A stretch of 58,677 bases of DNA, the filler included, from Basidiobolus ranarum (taxonomy: Eukaryota), in NCBI GenBank assembly GCA_040143965.1. It is 2 parts of 2 records of this genome, joined end to end, with 100 filler letters (N's around TTAATTAATTAA, not from the genome) between each part and the next. Parts side by side here need not be neighbours in the genome. Positions count along the whole stretch, not along the records: positions 29,512 to 58,677 come from JASJQH010006982.1; 1 more part is not named here. One strand, 5' to 3'. A program made the position numbers and the translations under genes. Below the pieces are notes generated by a model. It had not been told where the DNA came from, did not search any database, and saw only the letters and a list, made by a program, of their open reading frames with translations. How positions within the stretch are numbered: position 1 is the stretch's first letter; each line of letters starts with the position of its first letter. Shown one piece after another: positions 56,154 to 58,677 of this stretch.

Positions 56154-56760
56154 CTAAAACTAGTCGCTACCACCAAGATACCATACTGAAGATTGCTCTA
56201 TTCCTAGGTTCTCTACCGATTTTTTCTTTACATTCATTGGAATGTAATCGTTGCTAACGTAAACCTTGTTGCCTATGATTTTAATTACTTCAGCAGAAGA
56301 CGGATCGTGCCATCCACCATTATAGCCGCCACGTTGCTTAATTTAATAGTATTGTATTCACCTACCATGGCTACATAACCGTAAGATGACATATTGATTA
56401 CTCGCGTGTTGTCAAAAATAATGTGCATCATTTTAGACAATTAGGTTGGCCACCACAATAATCCCACTGTAAATTGTATACTACAGGAATAATGTAATCT
56501 TCATATTGCGACTGAAATGGTGGCTTTTTAGACGTCCACGTTGGCCCACAGATTGCTAATTTTTTATCGGCTTAGTTCAGCTTGATACCTAGAGCGGATA
56601 TGTACCTAGAGCAGATATAAATCCTTTGTAGTTTGTACAGTCTTTATCAGCCCTCCGAAGTCCATATCAATGCCGGACGATTGGTGTTCGGTCACAAAAC
56701 TCACCAATCAACTCGGTATAGTTCATTGACTCAATAAAATGGAACCAGATTATGGTAGTA
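56154..56760 (-). pseudogene. GH18-like pseudogene, copy B
   Basis: Fragments FVTEHQSSGIDMDFGG, KKLAICGP, LQWDYCGGQP and NLGIEQSSVWYLGGSD*F, with stops and frameshifts. Clear DNA similarity to 52500-52870. Confidence 0.65.
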
Positions 56761-57008
56761 TTTTGGAATGGCTAATAGAAGATAAATAGGTAGTGTCACG
56801 GTTGGATGTATAAACACTGCATCATTCAATACTGTATTCCATCCTGTATCCTATCAACTGCTATATATTACTTACGATGTGTTACTAGTTTTAACCACTA
56901 GATTCGGCCATAAAAGGCAAATCTGTATATGTAGATAATAACATATATTCAATATATAGCATAAACCCAACTCTCTTATATTCGTCCTTTTTTAGTTACG
57001 TCGCAGGT

Positions 57009-58508
57009 ATGCAAACAACATCAAGAGTCAAACTATTGCTGTTACAACGACAACTTGAGTTATCCTATGCCCGTTTCATTGACCCTAATCCACAGTTTGT
57101 AAGCATCGAGGCCTTTAAAATCCGTCAAGGAGCAATCGAAACCTTTGGAAAATGGCTGGAGTTGTTGAATAATGATACTACCGACAGCACAATTATAGAG
57201 AGAATAAAGAAAGAGATCTCCTCGAAAACCAATGAACTTGCCAAATCCATTTTCAAAATAAGTGATTACTTCAGTGTGAAAGAGATCACTCCCCAGACCC
57301 TGACTTTAGAACAGGAAGGAGAAATCTATGGATTCTTTCCGAGTGATGGAACTGTATCCGGTAATGCCTCGAAAGCAATGATTTCTTTGAGCTGGTTAAA
57401 ACGGGGACTAGTCCTTGCGAAAAAAAATGGAGATGTTAGCCTGTTGGACCTTTGGGAAGGAAAGAATATACTAAATGAAATGAAGGATATGACTAGGCGA
57501 CGCATGTTATTAAGAGACCTCTATGCAGATGATTCAATGGATCATTATCTTGCGGTTCAGAGTATTCTTCGCAATGCAAAAAAAGAATACGAAGAGTTGA
57601 AAGAGCAGCTGCAGATCGACGACACATTTTGTCGACTTCAACGAGGGAATGCAGCTGTACGAGAATCGTATCAGAATTATATCAAAGCTAATCAAACTCG
57701 GAAAATTGATAAGGAGGCCTACGACAGGTTTGAGGAGGCACAGAGTGATGCTTATGACAAAGCTTTAGAAGACTGCGAGAGCTCGGGTAAGTTTGAGCTT
57801 GAGATGCTTATAGAAGAAACAAAAATAAAACTTGAATGCGTAATGAAAAGAGCAGACATACAGGAAGAAGAGATTGCAAATTTGACAGAAGAATTTCCCG
57901 ACATAGGGGAGATAAAACTGACTTATCAAGAACTGAATCAAGCGCTAATTAATAATCAAATAGAGTATCAAAGACTTGAAGAGGGTTTAGACAATGCAGA
58001 AAAGGCTTGGAGTATCGATATGGATGGAGATAACCTATTAACTGGGAAAAATATGGATGAGTATCTAAAGGCATATAAGATGTCCTATTATGCAGCAGAG
58101 CAAGCTTGGGATGCTCTCATGGATACTTGTAAGCGAGAAAGCAAAGAGTTCAGTGACTTGTTTATTATTTACGAAAAGAAAAAAGTCAGCTTTGAACAAA
58201 AACAGACCAACTTTTTGGCTACCTGTAAAGCATTCACTGATTCTGACAGTAACCGTGAAGCTGCAAAGACTACTCCCAATGAGTGTCACAAAAAACCACA
58301 TTCCCCACCCACCACTATAGCACAAGCGCTAGAAGATATCATTCTACCTGCTGTCTTTGTCCCACTTTCTGCGCGTCCTTTTCAACATAACGATCTATCA
58401 GTTATGGTAGCTAGCTGTGACAAAGAACTTCAATATGTGCTTCAACATGGAAAGGTGTTTTATTACCAACATTTCAATATAGGGGGGGAGACAGTCACCC
58501 AAAGGTGA
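57009..58508 (+). CDS. Intronless orphan, acidic helical/coiled-coil protein (499 aa), possibly truncated
   Basis: 1.5-kb open frame from ATG 57009, Glu/Lys/Leu-rich. No family recognised. Confidence 0.6.
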   Translation: MQTTSRVKLLLLQRQLELSYARFIDPNPQFVSIEAFKIRQGAIETFGKWLELLNNDTTDSTIIERIKKEISSKTNELAKSIFKISDYFSVKEITPQTLTLEQEGEIYGFFPSDGTVSGNASKAMISLSWLKRGLVLAKKNGDVSLLDLWEGKNILNEMKDMTRRRMLLRDLYADDSMDHYLAVQSILRNAKKEYEELKEQLQIDDTFCRLQRGNAAVRESYQNYIKANQTRKIDKEAYDRFEEAQSDAYDKALEDCESSGKFELEMLIEETKIKLECVMKRADIQEEEIANLTEEFPDIGEIKLTYQELNQALINNQIEYQRLEEGLDNAEKAWSIDMDGDNLLTGKNMDEYLKAYKMSYYAAEQAWDALMDTCKRESKEFSDLFIIYEKKKVSFEQKQTNFLATCKAFTDSDSNREAAKTTPNECHKKPHSPPTTIAQALEDIILPAVFVPLSARPFQHNDLSVMVASCDKELQYVLQHGKVFYYQHFNIGGETVTQR

Positions 58509-58677
58509 AATCTTTATTTCAAACAAAACAAAGAAGCCATAACTACTTTTGTAGTTTCTTAACTAATGTATGGAGATCCGGAGTATTTGTATGAATGTTG
58601 CAAAGCAGAAAAGTTAAGTCAGTAGAATCTAAGACACTGTTAAGTGGAGTGGGAGGGAGTAACAAAGGTAAAAATGG

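Overview
Eukaryotic, AT-rich DNA with short GT-AG introns, from a fungus (pentafunctional AROM, Zn2Cys6 factor). An early-diverging lineage such as Zoopagomycota (Basidiobolus-like) is inferred, not proven. Bases 1-29411 carry two tandem secreted Gly/Tyr/Glu/Asp/His repeat-protein genes, then SAM50, SEC61-beta, a coiled-coil protein with an MPHOSPH9-like C-terminus, an S1 protease, ILS1, ULA1, ARO1, an orphan gene and a Zn2Cys6 transcription factor. An artificial 100-bp gap linker (44N-TTAATTAATTAA-44N) follows. After it lie a 4TM protein gene, an L-LDH with a mitochondrial-type presequence, a SUT/SLC45 transporter, RPL37 and an HPP protein. Next is a membrane-protein neighbourhood: two 7TM receptor-like genes, a second 4TM paralog, two alpha-arrestins and an amino acid transporter. 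The last ~7.5 kb is decaying: a duplicated cassette with two complementary GH18-like pseudogenes, a 1.7-kb CpG-depleted relic and an intronless orphan ORF. Spliced models were built by hand from splice signals and recalled homology; no database search was run.
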